A stretch of DNA of 64,000 nucleotides from Eledone cirrhosa (GCA_964016885.1 OZ024741.1:378696001-378760000); one strand, 5' to 3'; counted from the first letter of the stretch, positions 1 to 20,523 are shown. The notes: generated by a model not told the origin, from the letters alone. Made by a program: numbers and translations.

Positions 1-2291
1 TACTGTGTGGTTTTGTTGTGGTGTTTATCGATTATATGTTGCATACATATATCAATTTTGTGTGTAAACATGATTTGGTGATTTCCAACTTGTGATAAAT
101 TTATAATATTTATGAATTTCTTTATAATGTGAGCTTTATTGAATTATACTAGTGAGCTGTTTTCGTCGGTGCAACTTTCTATCATTAATAATGTTAGCGA
201 CAATATAAAATGATGCCAATATATTTGTATTTTAACTGATTTTAAGCATTGTTTTATGTGTGGTGGAACATATGTCATAATCGTAATTTAGATAAAAATA
301 TTAACGACATATTGTAAGGTAGACACAATATAATAATTGCAATTTATAAGAATATTTATTAGATTTCCCGTGATTTTGTTTCATTATGAATTATTTTAAT
401 GATATGAGAATTAATATGTGATATTTGAATCTTCAATGAAACCTTTACCTCCGATGTGATAAATTATCTTAATAAATACGAAGTCATCAGTCAATATATG
501 TATTGGAAATTAATGTCTGTAAATGTCTATACAATTGAATACTAATTTTTAGTGACTCAAAGAGTCACATCGTAAATTATAACACACCAAAATTCTCTCA
601 GCAGCTTAACATATATACTTGTCGACAACCGAACAAGAAAACATCTATCTATATGTGATAGCGAGGATACATTCCCAAAACCACAATCTGCCATCTTTGA
701 AAATTATTGGAGATCTTGTTATATATAGTCCTAAATATCACTAAAAAATCAGAGGAAGCTAACAGGGAAATGCATATTCAATTTTCAACATATTTAGAGG
801 TTACACAGTGATTAACTAATACTATTTTGGAAGCGGTCCCCGATGTTTGTGTGGCTGGTATAAAATGAAGCACCAATCGTTATTCAAGTTTTACTCTATT
901 GTAATACACAACGTATGAATTTTGGGTGTATACATAAATTGAAAATATTTGAACGTTTGTTTGCTGATTCATATCTGAACAAGTGTAATTGATTTCCTAG
1001 GCGTTTGGACATTTAATCAATGTTTTTCAACTTAGTAACGAAGTTATGAAATTCAACGTAAACGTTTCAAATATATATCAATAACATTGGCAATAAGAAC
1101 GTGTGTAGATACGCACGAGTAAATATTTTTCCCATCAAGTTTCTTAATTAAAATTCTATGAATTAATATTCTGTAAATTAAAATTCAAAACTAGAAAATT
1201 ATATAATTTGAATAAAATTCCATAACTTCTATAGCATTCTATGAATTAAAATCTATATAACTGACTTTCGGTCACAATCAGCGAGAAATTATCCTGTAAT
1301 GTTATGTTCGACGCATGTAAATATATATTCTTATTGCAATCAGATTTTTTTCGCGGAATAAAGGTATAACGGAGCTATTGTTATGTACGATTACTGAATG
1401 GGTTTTTGTGTCAATCAATATCCAAGTAAATGTTGTGAATTTAGATTTGGCAGACGTCAATACTATTGTATGTTTTTTTTTTTTAATTCAATTTCAGATT
1501 AACTGTGATCGATCAAATTTACAACCAGACTCTTTTCTCTCACAATTTTTTATGATGGATTACATTTTGCTATCCATATTTACACTTCCAAAATTGGAAA
1601 TTGTAAATTCTTTGATATTTTCCTGGCCTTTCTAGTATTGACAAATTAACTGACTCTAGCTTTCTTTTTTGTTTGGATCCGCAACATCCATATGCGGGTC
1701 ATGATACGGGAAATATAGGCTGCATTGTTCCAGTGACGTAGTTGCTATTTATGCATGTGGAAGGTGTATATAGACATTATATCATTGTTCCGAGTTTACT
1801 GTTTTTATTGGAGTTATATTAGCAGTCTGTCATTAGATTATATAACATAATTTGAATATTTATCACAACAATATCATTGTGGTTGAGTGATGATATACAC
1901 ACATTCTGATGAAGATCCAATTAGATCTGAGAATCGATGAAAGGTATTTATCACTTTCTCAATTTAGAGGGAAATTCGTATTTTCTGGAGTGTTTACACA
2001 TCTCAGTTACTCTGATAACAGAATTCTCATAAATAATCTGCGCAGCAAGCCAATTCGGTGGAGTTCACGAAAGAGATCAGAACGATGTAGTCCCCGTACA
2101 TCACATAATGAATCATATTTAACTGGGTGATGTCTAGAAACATCTGACTAATAAAATGACAGGTCAGTCAATCATATATCACAAACATACCTTGATCTCT
2201 CAACCCAAATCATTGAATGCAGGTTCATTTTTCTGAATGATGAACGCTCCCTTGCCCGATTTGATATATATATGACTGTGAGTAAGCATCT

Positions 2292-2400
<109 letters not shown>

Positions 2401-3039
2401 TATACATATATATATACATATGCACGTATGGGTTATATCGAACATGAATTGAAGTATTGGATTAGTTTGTAAACAAACGGCCCGTGTAAACCTGTGCTAT
2501 GCCGATTAAGTATATAACGTCCCATTTGCCTCATTTGCGTACATACATTTATTTTATAGAAGAGAAATATTAATTTTTCCTGTATTTGGATCTCATATCT
2601 CTAATTATTTCAAATTTGTTTTATACATTGATTACGTAATTGTTGGATAGATAATTATGACAACGTATATCGACTGCCTGTGTATCTGTGTATCTGTGTA
2701 TAACCAGTTGGCACATATTCCAGTGAGCCGAACCTGATGAAGTTTTACACTCATCTTAGGCTAATATTCGGAAACAAGACTGGGTAATAGGATTTAAAGA
2801 AAAATCAACACTGGAAAACTGGGGACATCTTTTCAATGGAGGAGGAAAGACGTTTCAGTGAGAGAGGGGTAGAAGAGATAATACTACTGTATGTTAAACC
2901 ATCCCTCCCGCTACTCTATATCCTCTTCCCACAACTCAATCCTCAAAACGAGGCAACAAGTTATTAGAAGTATACATAAAGACATTTCCCACAAGGCAGG
3001 CGACAATTTAAGTTTGGTTCACGACTGAATAGATGACTT

Positions 3040-3090
<51 letters not shown>

Positions 3091-3731
3091 GTAAGTGCAA
3101 AGAATAATTAGATAAAATATATACAGTATATCCTCTCCCAATCAGTATAAATTAACCAGACAAAAATAATTTAAACGAGGCTATAAGTTTAAAATGTACT
3201 TATGAAGAAATAATAGATAAATGATATAGATACTTATCCGCGATTTACAACTACGTGACATCTACCTAGTATTTCTCCTAGCCTGTAGAAATTGACTAGA
3301 AAAATAGTTCACTACACAGAAGTGGGTACAACACTGAAGTTAGAAGAAGAAATGCAGGGGGTTTCGTTCCACATTTTGGACATATCCCGTCTTGGATAAA
3401 TCAACGAGGCTCGGAACTCTTCAGGAGATACCTCAGACTGGACCAAGATTCTTCTACCATGATCCCCGCCAGAAATGAGTTCAAAATGGCTAAGACACAT
3501 CACGTGACCAGTTGTCAAGGCAGAAAGTTTGTGAATGTTGCCTGACAACGAGTAGGCGAGTAGGCTAGTTGCTAGAAAGCGCAGACGAATACTGCATAAA
3601 GTTTTAATCAAACTTTTCTTTGGACATACACTTTTATAAATTGCTCTGATAAAAAATTATTTAAATAATTTTTCATAGAGCCCCACCGTGAATGGTTGCC
3701 AAACGCATATATATCTTTATGACATTGTCTA

Positions 3732-3912
<181 letters not shown>

Positions 3913-3914
3913 TC

Positions 3915-6228
3915 GTAATAATAATAAATTTGAAGACTAAAATTCAAAGAGGGCTCCATAAGGATAAGTATATATCAAATATATAAGAACACTAGAGTAA
4001 ATATTTACTAAAATAACAGATTAAAGTTTAAGCAAATAATCCCTGCTTTCACAATTAACGGGATCTTCTGAAACTACAAAAATCAATCTGTGAAAGCAGA
4101 AGTAAATATTCCGAAAAATGTTGCAACCGAAGGAAAACAGGAAGACTATATTTTGCTTCGTCAAGACGTTCCCTGGCATTGAACGGAAAAAAAGGCGAAG
4201 ATAAAACGTCGGTATGTGGAGCATGAGATCAAATACACGCAAATACAAAACCACGTTTAAGGTATAAATGAAATCGTAGAATAATATTCTATATAGGTAA
4301 CCGAATGATTATTGGCTTCAGAGTTAAGGGTAATGTTAATAAATTACTAGAACGACCATGACAGAGGTTATTAAAATCAAATAATTAAATATATACATAC
4401 CCGCATCAATATACGTACATGCACAGGAATACGCAAAACACACGCCATGCATGCACGTACAATTAAACACGCGCACACATATATAAATCCTCGCGACAGC
4501 TGTACCCGCACATATACGAATGTATACACCAAATACACATAAAACAATTGATATATATGTGTTCGTGTGTGTATACATATAATTATACAAACGTATATAA
4601 ATATACACACATAAATACGAATCTAACGCACGCGCACATATAACTGGGGGTAAAAACACATTTGTTCACCAAACGTACATCAACCAATACACAATGTACA
4701 CATATACACCCCTTGCGTACGTTCAAACACGCGTACACGCATACGCACACAAACACAAAATACACATATACACATATATCACTATATATACTATAATATA
4801 TACACCTATAAAAATACAAGCATATTTACGTACGAGAAAGTATACGTACCTTCACAAAACATAGGTATACTTACCTATACAAATAAGTAATGGTATAAAC
4901 AAACAATATAGTTAGTTATCACATCAAGACATAAATTAACCGCCATTGTTCGTACTATCCGTTAGGATATAAAGTGGGGCTGTAATACTTGAAGGTTTTA
5001 TGCAATTTGTGTTTACAAGCCGAAATTGCCTTAGATTTTTTGTTTAAGATGTGGTCTTTCGCGTAGATTAATTCCAGGGCTTCAGCGGCGCAAAGATCAC
5101 AAGGTCTTTTCTTTCCGTTATACGATCTAGCCTTTAGCTAGGCTGTCCCAGTGTAACCCATATTGGGTGTGGTAGTTTTTTAGACTCCAGATATAAGCTG
5201 AAAGTAACGTCATGTTCCTTCTTAAAGGGTTAATAAAAGAATGGGTGTGCATGTAAGGACGCTGCTTGAATCTATTGGCGGTTAACCCTATGTAGACCCT
5301 ACGAGACGTGGGTGTTTCGACCTTACATTTGTAGACAATGTTACTGAAGAGGCATTTCCCGGATAGAGGGTAGTCAGCTCGATTCCTACAATTACAGTTA
5401 GTGCTAGCTACAGGGTTGCATGTGTTCCTACGGCAAGGTAATTTACATAACTTTGAAGCAGTGATGTTATGAGCAAGTTTAGAAGGCGTGGAGTAAGTTA
5501 TGTTAATGGTATTTCTATTTTTTTTTAAATATTATATATATGTGCTGAGGGGAAATGTTTCTTAATAAGGGAGGGAAAGATCTTAGCTAATGGTGTGGCC
5601 ACCTCCATATTATATAGTGGGTTATACCATATAATGCGTTAGGATCTAATTTCCCTGGTCTATGCTCATACTTAGTATATGCTACCTTATCGACAAATTC
5701 CGCTCCCGGCAAGAGCTTCATTGTAATATGTGGAATGGTCGGTGAAAATATACTCGTTTGTAGATAGACGAGAAAGCCAAAAAGAGATGTTCCTTACCAG
5801 GTTCTTGGTTATGCTAGCATGATGGTTAGAATACTTATGTAATTAAGCGTATCATTCGGGTTTTATACCGGTAATGCAAGCCATTCGACAAATTGAGGGT
5901 AATGTCGTGGTAATTATTGACCGAGAGGTTGGCCTCAAATTGTATGGAGAGGTTGAAGGCTTTAAAGAAGGGTGCGAGTTCTTTTCTGAACCTGTCGCAA
6001 GCGCGTGGAACGCACTTTGTCATGGTCAAAAGACCCTCATCGCGTTACAAACCACCGCCCACTTTGGGGAATTCTTCCTTGAGAGAGACAAGAAGAAAAA
6101 TGCCGATAAGATCTGTAACCTCTGGTGAATTGCTGTCGTCCATACTCACGTCGAATGGGTTACTATTAGATCTTTTTTTCCAAATAGAGTCGTCGAAATT
6201 AATCACCAACTTAAGGGCATTGAGGATG
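3915..6228 (-). mobile_element. Decayed 5'-truncated Penelope-like element, Naiad-type (element C)
   Basis: Coding remnant 4955-6228 plus 3' region. The terminal segment starting gtaataataataaatttgaagactaaaat recurs at 22086 and 29946, always next to (TA)n. Both ends sit in (TA)n. Confidence 0.85.
4955..6228 (-). pseudogene. Disrupted PLE RT + GIY-YIG ORF
   Basis: Minus-strand translation: [31 protein letters not shown]...GGL*RDE, CNCRNRADYPLSGKC..IVYKCKV..VYIGLTANRFKQR, CDLCAAE, CKHKLHKTFKYY; stops and frameshifts. Confidence 0.9.
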
Positions 6229-6298
6229 ATATATATATATATGTGTGTGTGTGGGTGTGTGGGTGTGTGTGTGGGGGTGGAGGTGTATGTATATATAT

Positions 6299-7062
<764 letters not shown>

Positions 7063-7238
7063 TATAGAGAAAAATACTGCAGGTAGCACATGGATAACAT
7101 GTAATAAAATAAGTCCCTCATCAGTGATTTGCCGAAGATCATAGATATTTCATTGCATTAAAAATCATATAACTCACTTCGGTGCAATAATAACCAAAAT
7201 AAGTTATTAGGACAATTAAAACGCGTAAAGCGAGTGAG

Positions 7239-11578
<4,340 letters not shown>

Positions 11579-12169
11579 AATGTAGATATAAATGGCGGAG
11601 TATAGGCCATTTATTAAGCAACCACATATTCATTAAATATATTATAGTTATGAACATTCCGAATTTAATAAAAGAACATATACACAAAATTATGTGTATA
11701 ATTAATAATATTATCCTGTGGCTCTGTGGCCTGATCCACTTAGATCCCCCGTTTGAAGATACAGTCTTACTTCTTAACTGCCCCGAAATTATTTAAAATC
11801 AATCATTTGATATCGTCATAGTAATCGGTTGGTTATATTCTACATGAGAGTAGAAGGGGAATTTAATAATGTTATTATATATTTTTTTTTTTTTTACAGC
11901 AACATCATCTGATTCACGAGAAATTCTAGTTTATGGTGTTATTGGTACACGTTACAGAGAGGGACGTAAGATTTCAGACAAAATATGTTACGATCAGTAT
12001 AAATATATAAAATGCTTGAAAAGTAACATTACTCTAAATACCATTCCGCCGCTTGTATCGTATTATTTCAGTCGTTACACAAGATTCATGACCATAAGTA
12101 AGAGTGGCCACGAATACCGAATTGAAGATTGCAAGTTAAGCTTTTACGCCTACCTCGCTTCTTATTATT

Positions 12170-12560
12170 TCTGAAGCTGGCACATCACTGCATCAGCTCC
12201 TGCAGTTCTTGCACTGGATTCAGCCTCCATCGTTCGTGGTCACGACCCTGAGATACTTGAACTTCTTTACTTGATTAAGCATATCTCCATTCACATGTAA
12301 AGTGCACTGCGCAGGCTTCCTTAAGAAGACGTATGTCCACTTTGGTGGCACATTCATTCCAGCCATGCAGCGCTCAGTTATTAAACCTATCTAGTGCAAG
12401 TCGGCGTCAATCTTTTGTAGAGTTATGTAACGCCATTATGTCTGGAAATTCCAGTCGACTGATTTTACTTCCACCAGTCATGATACCACTTACAACCCGG
12501 CCTCATATATCAATCCTGTCCATGTTAATTCTGTTGGGAATGAATGCAGAAGATCACAAA
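12170..12560 (-). pseudogene. Highly decayed RTE-clade LINE reverse transcriptase fragment
   Basis: Minus translation INMDRID..GGSKISRLEFPDIMAL..LALDRF..AGMNV..RKPAQCTLHVNGDMLNQVKKFKYLRV matches the RTE pattern LLFADD..LQ.ALDRF..QVEEFKYLG. Confidence 0.75.
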
Positions 12561-13568
12561 TTCGTCTGGATACCGAATGAAAACATTCCACGTTTATACC
12601 TGTTCAAGTAACTTTGTGGCCGGCTAGTACTTATGCGTTTATTATTGTTGGGTAGTGACTGGCCACATCTGGCAAAGTGTCTTACGGATCTGACAATCAG
12701 GTACTTCAATCATTCATGATGTATTTACGACCTCCTTATCCAAAATGATATTTCTTCTTTGATGCCTTTAGTATTTAATTATTTTGTCTTCTCTAAGATA
12801 TTTAGGGACGGATTAATTCTAGTAGATTCAGTGAATAGGTAAACATGTCCTAATCGATAAATCTCAGCATACAATAAATTGTGTCGATTTTATGAACAAA
12901 GAATGTTATTCAATATGAAACGTTCTTGCATCAGAAGTCATAGCTGGTTTTAGCTATCTTTGCCTATAATGTGTCAGTTATTGACATTTCCTTTGGAAAA
13001 TAGTAGTGTAATGAATATCATCGAAGTATTAATGGAATACATAATGTTCTCATAATGCAAATTTTTATTTTATTTAAGGTCATCTAGTATATGCATTCAG
13101 ATTTCTGACAATAAAAGAATGACAGCAAAATATTAACAAACGATGCTGTATATAAAGCGTCAGACTAAATTTACAATGTTTGATGTTGTTACAATTCATA
13201 AATTTCCCGAGAATTTCTATTTATGTTGCTATGATGAAGAGTATTGTCTGTTCTATATGATTTATTTTTAATTCCTGTACGACTGTGTTTCATGTTATGT
13301 TATTTTCCCCTCTGTCCTTGTTTCGACATAGTTCACGAATACATGTGTGAAAATAGGGAAATAGGAAAGCAACATAAAGCAAATAGGCGAAGAAATTATC
13401 ACGAATACAAATCTGAAAATGCATAGATACTAATTATAATATGATGATGGAGACCCATAACATGTCAAAATATAGAAGTAGATAACACAGAGAAAAGAAG
13501 GACCGAATTTAAAGGGAAAATAATAGAAGACATGGATATACGCTTGCGTAAACACAGACACACACCCT

Positions 13569-13662
<94 letters not shown>

Positions 13663-14348
13663 CATATGTGTGTGTATACAATTAGTAATTAAAGTATGTG
13701 CTAGTCAATCCCCGAGACTTCAGTATGCAGAGTAGATGAAGAATATTAATAAACATGAAGTACTAGACAAAAACTCAAAATTAACTGACTTTATTCATAA
13801 TCATTGTTATATATATATTAGTGATAACAGTTATGCAATACCTCTGGCTAATCATACAGCTAGAATTTGAACAGAAAAGCATAAGGATGAAATAAACATT
13901 AATTTGAAAGCCGGAATCAAGTCCAAGCTATGGGGACAATTTCTTCTAACAAGTGGTGGTTTTTATAACCATCTGGAATCACACGAGCCGGGGAGAGGTT
14001 GAGCCAACTGTGAAATGGTTCGTCCACCAAACACTTCACGATACATTTACATTAAATGTAGCTTAATTTGCAAGTCAATGGATGTTAAAGTGAAAGAAGG
14101 CACACCCCAACCAGTTTACCAGAACACAGTTCAAGTGTGACATCAGTGAATGCCCTTGCAAACAAGTGGAGGCCTGGAAGGCACATGCGTACACATGATC
14201 GTGCAATTTTCAATAGAAAGATGGTACTATTCTGAGAAGAATTACCAATCGTCATTTATGTATAAATCTATATCAGAATTTGTTTATTCTATTCTAAATA
14301 TTAATGTTTTACTTGTTCCTATATCCTGCCCTCAAACTTGTACATAAG

Positions 14349-14429
<81 letters not shown>

Positions 14430-14480
14430 CTCTCTCTCTCTCTCTTTGTCTCTCTCTCTACCTTTCTCTCCCTCTCTCTG

Positions 14481-14522
<42 letters not shown>

Positions 14523-14524
<2 letters not shown>

Positions 14525-14636
14525 GAAGGAAGTGTAGTAAGGAACCAGGTGGCCCATAATGCAACAGAGTACTCGATACTTTGGGAAGTAGAGAGGGTAA
14601 CAGGAAAAGGTGCAGGACCCCGTCGGGGTCCGGGCC

Positions 14637-14640
<4 letters not shown>
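14523..14640 (-). mobile_element. Short terminal fragment of the same repeat family as 60769-60960, between (TA)n and (CT)n
   Basis: Shared cgaagga..gtaaggaacca..ccataa..tactc.atactt.ggg.agtagag..ggtaa. Confidence 0.65.
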
Positions 14641-14726
<86 letters not shown>

Positions 14727-14820
14727 CCTATATATATATATATAATATATGTACAGCCGTTATGAATAATATTTGCACTTGGTGAAATTTGTGATAATTT
14801 TATAATAATGTAATATAAAG

Positions 14821-15006
14821 GGCGGGGAATTGGCAGTAACGGTAGAGGGTTGGACGCCATGCTTTCTAGCATAGTTACTTCCTTTTACGGTCTGAGTTCA
14901 AATCCCGTCGAGGTTAACTTTGTCTTTCATCCTTACGGGGTCGATAAAATAAAGTACTACTTATGTACTTGGAAATTGCTGACCTTGTTCGAAAAGTAGA
15001 AACAAT
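14821..15006 (+). mobile_element. tRNA-derived SINE, family 1
   Basis: A box tggcagtaacggtag, B box gagttcaaatccc, body cctttcatcc..gtcgataaaataaagtac, tail gtagaaacaat; about 11 copies or fragments in the window. Confidence 0.85.
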
Positions 15007-15100
15007 CTAACTATATTTAAAACAAGTAACGAGTGCGGGACCTCGTACGTTTTATAATTTGTTATCCCATTAGTAAAATAAGTTGGATTACTTTGAATAA

Positions 15101-15279
15101 ATAATTGTTTCTACTTTTGGCACAAGGCCAGCAGTTACCCAGTACATTACTGGTACTTTATTTTATCGACCAGTGTCTGGATGAAAGGCAAAGTTAACCT
15201 CGGCGGGATTTGAACTCAGATAGTAAAGGAACGTACCTATGCTGGAAAGAATATCCGACCCTCTACCGATACTGCCAAT
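15101..15279 (-). mobile_element. SINE family 1
   Basis: Reverse complement of the family consensus. Confidence 0.88.
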
Positions 15280-15671
15280 GAATGAATATTACATAATTCA
15301 TCTACTAAATTTCGTAGCTGTTGATTAAATATATTGTATTGTTTATTTAAAGATTCACTTCTTTAAAATGTTCATATGTCATCACTTCCGGTTACCGGTC
15401 GCTTAAATAAACATTCATATATTTTCGTCACTAATTATAATGCAGTTTATATATAATATCGTCTATTACATTATCATATATTCCATTACTTATTACATAA
15501 GAGAGTGTTACGTAGTCTTCGTTCAATGTCTGTGTATATTCTCAATTACCATGTTATTTGATCATAGTGTATCATATCTACATTCATATATACTTGCGTA
15601 TAATATCAATATGCACACTACACATGCTACCAGAAAACCACACTACGAGTTGTTTTTCAGCTGGTTATTGT

Positions 15672-15858
15672 AATAATTGTTTCTACTTTTTAGCACAAGG
15701 CCAGCAATCACACAGTGCATTACTGGTACTTTATTTTATCGACCCCGTAAGGATGAAAGGGAAAGTTAATCTCGGCGGGATTCGAACTCAGAATGGCAAG
15801 GGCCGTAAATCTATGCGTCAAAGTATAGCGTCCGACACTCTACCGATACTGCCAATCC
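15672..15858 (-). mobile_element. SINE family 1
   Basis: Reverse complement of the family consensus. Confidence 0.88.
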
Positions 15859-16845
15859 AGTAATAATGTATTGCCATATTTACATGGGAAATTTCACTCC
15901 GGCTTAATATTCTATACCTAATGCCATTTAGGATACATATTACAAAGTATAATTTCATATTCATCAATGCTGCCTAAGTATATATCACAAAACTACACTC
16001 ATTAAGAGTGTTGAACATTTTAGTTTAATATGAAATTAACTCACTGCTCGTCAATTGTATCTACTCCATGTACTCTATGAGCTGTTTCTGAAGATATTCA
16101 TATTCGGAGATACGGAGATATACGGTTTTGAATCACATAATGTGAACCTTTATTTACCTTGATATGTTAGAATTTTGGTGCTAGTTTTATCTATTCATTT
16201 TACTGCCTCGGCTTAGTCAACCTAGGTTACAGTTGTGCGTTATTAATACTTCAATAAAATCATTTCCGTCTCTGAAGAAGTCACATGATTAACTCCAATC
16301 ATAGGACTTTATAAAATTGAATTTCTGAAGGATAAGACATCCATCGGAATACTGCTTACTCATTGCGTCTATTAAATACTACTATATCCTTTGAGGTGAA
16401 TAATTTAAATCATATAGTTAAGCCAACATTCATCGTATTTAATTGAACTGTTGTCCTAACCCAGGCTTTTTACCTTCAATTAATAGGAATCAGTGGTATT
16501 AATAATTCTTCACCAAAACCAAACTCTGAAATATTACAATGCTTATAAAATACTGAATGACAAATCTAAATACACAGTTACACATCTGTTTACTTCTGAG
16601 CTTAATTAGTACATATCAAGGTCACCACGCTACAATATAGATATGAAAACATATTGGATTGTAGATGCAGTATGCAATATGGGCACACACCCGTGAATTT
16701 AGGCACCTAGGTTTATGAGCTTCGAAAATGTTCTTCTCCGATATATATATCGTCAAAATGATATTATGGTAGAACTATTGTATCGCATAATATATCCTTT
16801 CTACATTTTACAATGTTACTGCTCCTTACTATATTACTTTTACAT

Positions 16846-16909
16846 ATAATTGTTTCTACTTTTGGCACAAGGCCAGCAATTACCCAGTGCATTACTGGTA
16901 CTTTATTTT
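16846..16909 (-). mobile_element. SINE family 1, 3' fragment
   Basis: ataattgtttctacttttggcacaaggccagc...tactggtacttta. Confidence 0.8.
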
Positions 16910-19091
16910 ACATATAATGTCGTGAGTATTGAGAGTTTGATCGACTAGGGCATTCCACATTACATTAGTTGCAATTGTAGGATATTTATCCTGATATATA
17001 GACATTAGCATGCTCACGTTTCGTAACAAAAGACTATCGAAACATAATATTAATCATACGTATATAATTAAATTAACGCTAGTGTTTCTAATGCAGTGTT
17101 AATGGGAACCCCAACCAGAAATAATCATGGGGTGCGAAAAAAAGATAGCAACTGTCTAAACTAATTTCTTTTACATTTTTGCGACGACAATTTAGAGACA
17201 ATAGCTGAGATATTTCGATATTTATCTTAAGTTATTTTATTTTATTATAAATGCAAAACATAGACTTTATGTAACACATATATATTTTATTCAAGGGCTA
17301 TTAAGTACAATTACTATAACTTGGGATTTGAAAATAAATGAGGTGTAACGTTAAATAATCTTGAAAGCGAAAACGAATGGTATCCTCATTTCATAACTTT
17401 TGTCATAATGCGCTATGAATACCGAATTTGTAAACATCATGCCAACTATCGTATACTAAATTCTAACAATTTCAGCTAGTTCTATATAAATCCATTCTTT
17501 ATTCACACACTGGTAGATCATTTTTACAAGAACTTTTGAGAGAAAAGTCGAATGGAAGATTACAGTCCATAAAAACGTTTGGAACTTAAGAGAATGACAT
17601 CCTCCTCTTCACCGAGAGTTACAGTGTTCTTGCTGCATAGGCTTGGCAACATTATATCTCTATACACTGATTTTGTCTTTCCTTGCAATAATAAAATCAA
17701 TAGTTGAAATGAAGCTGCCAATTCCGTGAGACAATTCCCTTTTAAGAAACCCCTATAAAAGGGAGCCTTCTCTACTTCGAAACAATGAGTAGTCCTGCCA
17801 GAATTAGCAGTTTAGCAGTTTAATATCGACGATATTATACTATGTATATTTAATTGAAGAATTGCTATCGTTTTGGGAGGGACACATTTAAAAAAGAACC
17901 ACCATGCTTTCTACTGAAAACTATTTCTGATTAGATCTCCATTTTTGGATAAAAGTTATAAATTAAAGCCAGCAATATCAAATTCATAAGCGATACTATG
18001 TACTTTTACCATATAAAGCAAGTTGGTAACGCTCTAGGCATAGTGTATTAAATCTGCATTTCAAATTTATGTTTCAGAGTAAATTACACTTGCTAGAACG
18101 TAAATTGAATGCAATAATTTATGATTTCAATTTTCAATTTTCCTGTTCGAGTATATAACATAACATTGGACACAGTCAATGCTAGCAGTTTAATACGTTT
18201 ACTCTGGTTTCGTATTCGATCGTACATTGTGGTATTTTGTAATAATATATTTCACTATAACCACGGGTTGAGACTATAATTTGAGGAGAAAGTTGGTGAA
18301 ATCTGTTGAAATATTTATATATATAATTCAAAAGCCAAACCTTGTCGCATCATGTCAAGTTGATATTTGTTGCTAAGTACCTTATTGATACAGGCGTATA
18401 GGGAATACTAAGCCTATTTAACAATTATTACATAAGGAAACATTCAGCTGCTCAACGCCTGAGGATCCATTGGCAAAATATAACTTTATAACAGGAATAA
18501 TAAATATTCATGTGATTAATATCCGTAATAGTATGATGTTATGTGAAATCCTTTGAGTAATGAGGTGAGATAGCATGTAAGGTTACCTTGGCCTCCATCA
18601 TTCAAGAAGGTAAAATAGATAATTATAGTGCTAATCTTCTATATGACACATAGTAATAAACTGGTGGATTAGTCATTAAGGTAGTGATATATTAATGTCA
18701 TGGAGATATATGTGCAGAAACCATAGAGGAAGCGCAATATCCACATATTCGTATATTTCATTAGAGTTCAAATGCAGCTGAGTGCGTGTGTTGCATTCCT
18801 TATTCTGGGATAAATTATGTAACGAAACATAAATTTCTACCACATGATCTAATGAAATATAAGTCATATACTAATAAATCGACTACATAAATGCATCATC
18901 TGAATAAATGCATAAACTAATTAGTGCCAGGTATTCCTTTCCTAGATTAAAACCTTCGCCTTTAATCAAAGATTAATATATTGTGTGATTTAAAACTATA
19001 TTCGCTATACTGAAATTCAACACATGAAAGTATAAGTGCATGTTCGGAGTTCTTATTTCCAGTGGTTGAGAGTAACTTAATATTTACCTTT

Positions 19092-19620
19092 GGCATAGCT
19101 GTATACATATATGTATGTGAATTTCGTATATCTAAAGATATACGGTGTGTTTAATAAATAAATATTGTCAAAGCCCTGCTATGAATAGGAGGCTGGCGCC
19201 CAGCACCATCTAGCAGATTGCAGCAGAAGCAGCTGAGGATAGTTGTCTATGAATTTAAAGCTATGGTCCTCATCAGGAAAATGCGTCTCCTTACTTACTG
19301 ATGGAATTTTGGAACGGGCGAAAATATATCGTTTTTTTTTTCGCCTTTGTAGATGGGCTGATTGGCTTCATTTGCATAAGAAGCTCTATAAGTTGGCTTA
19401 ACTTGAATGTAAAATTAAAATTTAGCTTCGACATAGCTGTATACATAAAGGTATGTGAATTTTGAAGATCGAAATATATAGGGTATGCTTAATTCCATCA
19501 GTAAGGAAGAGGAAATATTGTCCTGGGAGAGGCAGAGATCGAAATGCGTAGACGGTTATCCTTAATTGCCTCTGCTGAAATTCGATAGACTGTGCTAGCT
19601 GTTAGCCCTCTATTCATAAC
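19092..19620. repeat. Old diverged local duplication/inversion, probably a decayed PLE terminus with HHR remnants
   Basis: Direct repeat ~19092-19152 / ~19432-19492; inverted repeat ~19178-19308 / 19491-19620. Confidence 0.6.
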
Positions 19621-19993
19621 TGAGTTTTCAATATGTTTACCGAGAAAGATGGTTAGACAGAGAGATGGGAGTGGGAGAGACACAAATAGATATAGGCGAT
19701 TTTCTTCCAATTACCACAAATGACAGATTATTATACTTTAATCATAACCTGTGTTATGAATAAATTTTTCGACTCTTCATTTTAAGTATTTATAGTTGAC
19801 TGTATTTCAAATCATGGCACTATTGATTTAATGTTAATACGCATAATTAGTTACTTTGAAAATAACAAAATACTGTAAAATTTTAAGAATATCCAAAAAA
19901 TATTTACAGTTTTTAAGCTGTGGTTATTCATATTCATATGATTACAATTTTTCATCTGATTTGTTTTTCTTCTCCATGCTCTCCACACGTTCT

Positions 19994-20041
<48 letters not shown>

Positions 20042-20070
20042 ATACACACACATACATATGTCAATATACG

Positions 20071-20119
<49 letters not shown>

Positions 20120-20160
20120 TTATATATATACGCATATATATATATAAATATACGCATATA

Positions 20161-20205
<45 letters not shown>

Positions 20206-20452
20206 CTCTGTGTGTGTGTGTTTGTTTGTGTGTGCGTGTGTGTATGCGTGTGGTGTTTGTGTGCATATATCAATAAAGGGAATCATAAAATGTATAATGG
20301 GAAGCATAGGGAACGTTTATTACGAGCTATTTCATACAGATCATTAATATAATGAAACTGATTTTTCAATTTACATGTTATTTTTTAAAACTTAATATAA
20401 ATCTTGTGTTGTCAAATGTTCTAACAAGTGATGTATGTATCGATGTATATGC

Positions 20453-20494
<42 letters not shown>

Positions 20495-20523
20495 TTATGC
20501 GTGTGTGTGTGCGTGTGTGTATA

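Noticed and set aside
1901-1945. ctgatga agatc caatta gatct HHR-like motif
   Set aside because: Stem II present but followed by gaga rather than GAAA, and no convincing stem I or NUH
2720-2785. ctgatga...gaaac HHR-like motif
   Set aside because: No pairing for stems I and II; no NUH triplet
13880-14235. Possible host exon in a higher-complexity segment
   Set aside because: The minus-strand frames I checked are interrupted within ~60 codons, and no protein motif was recognised
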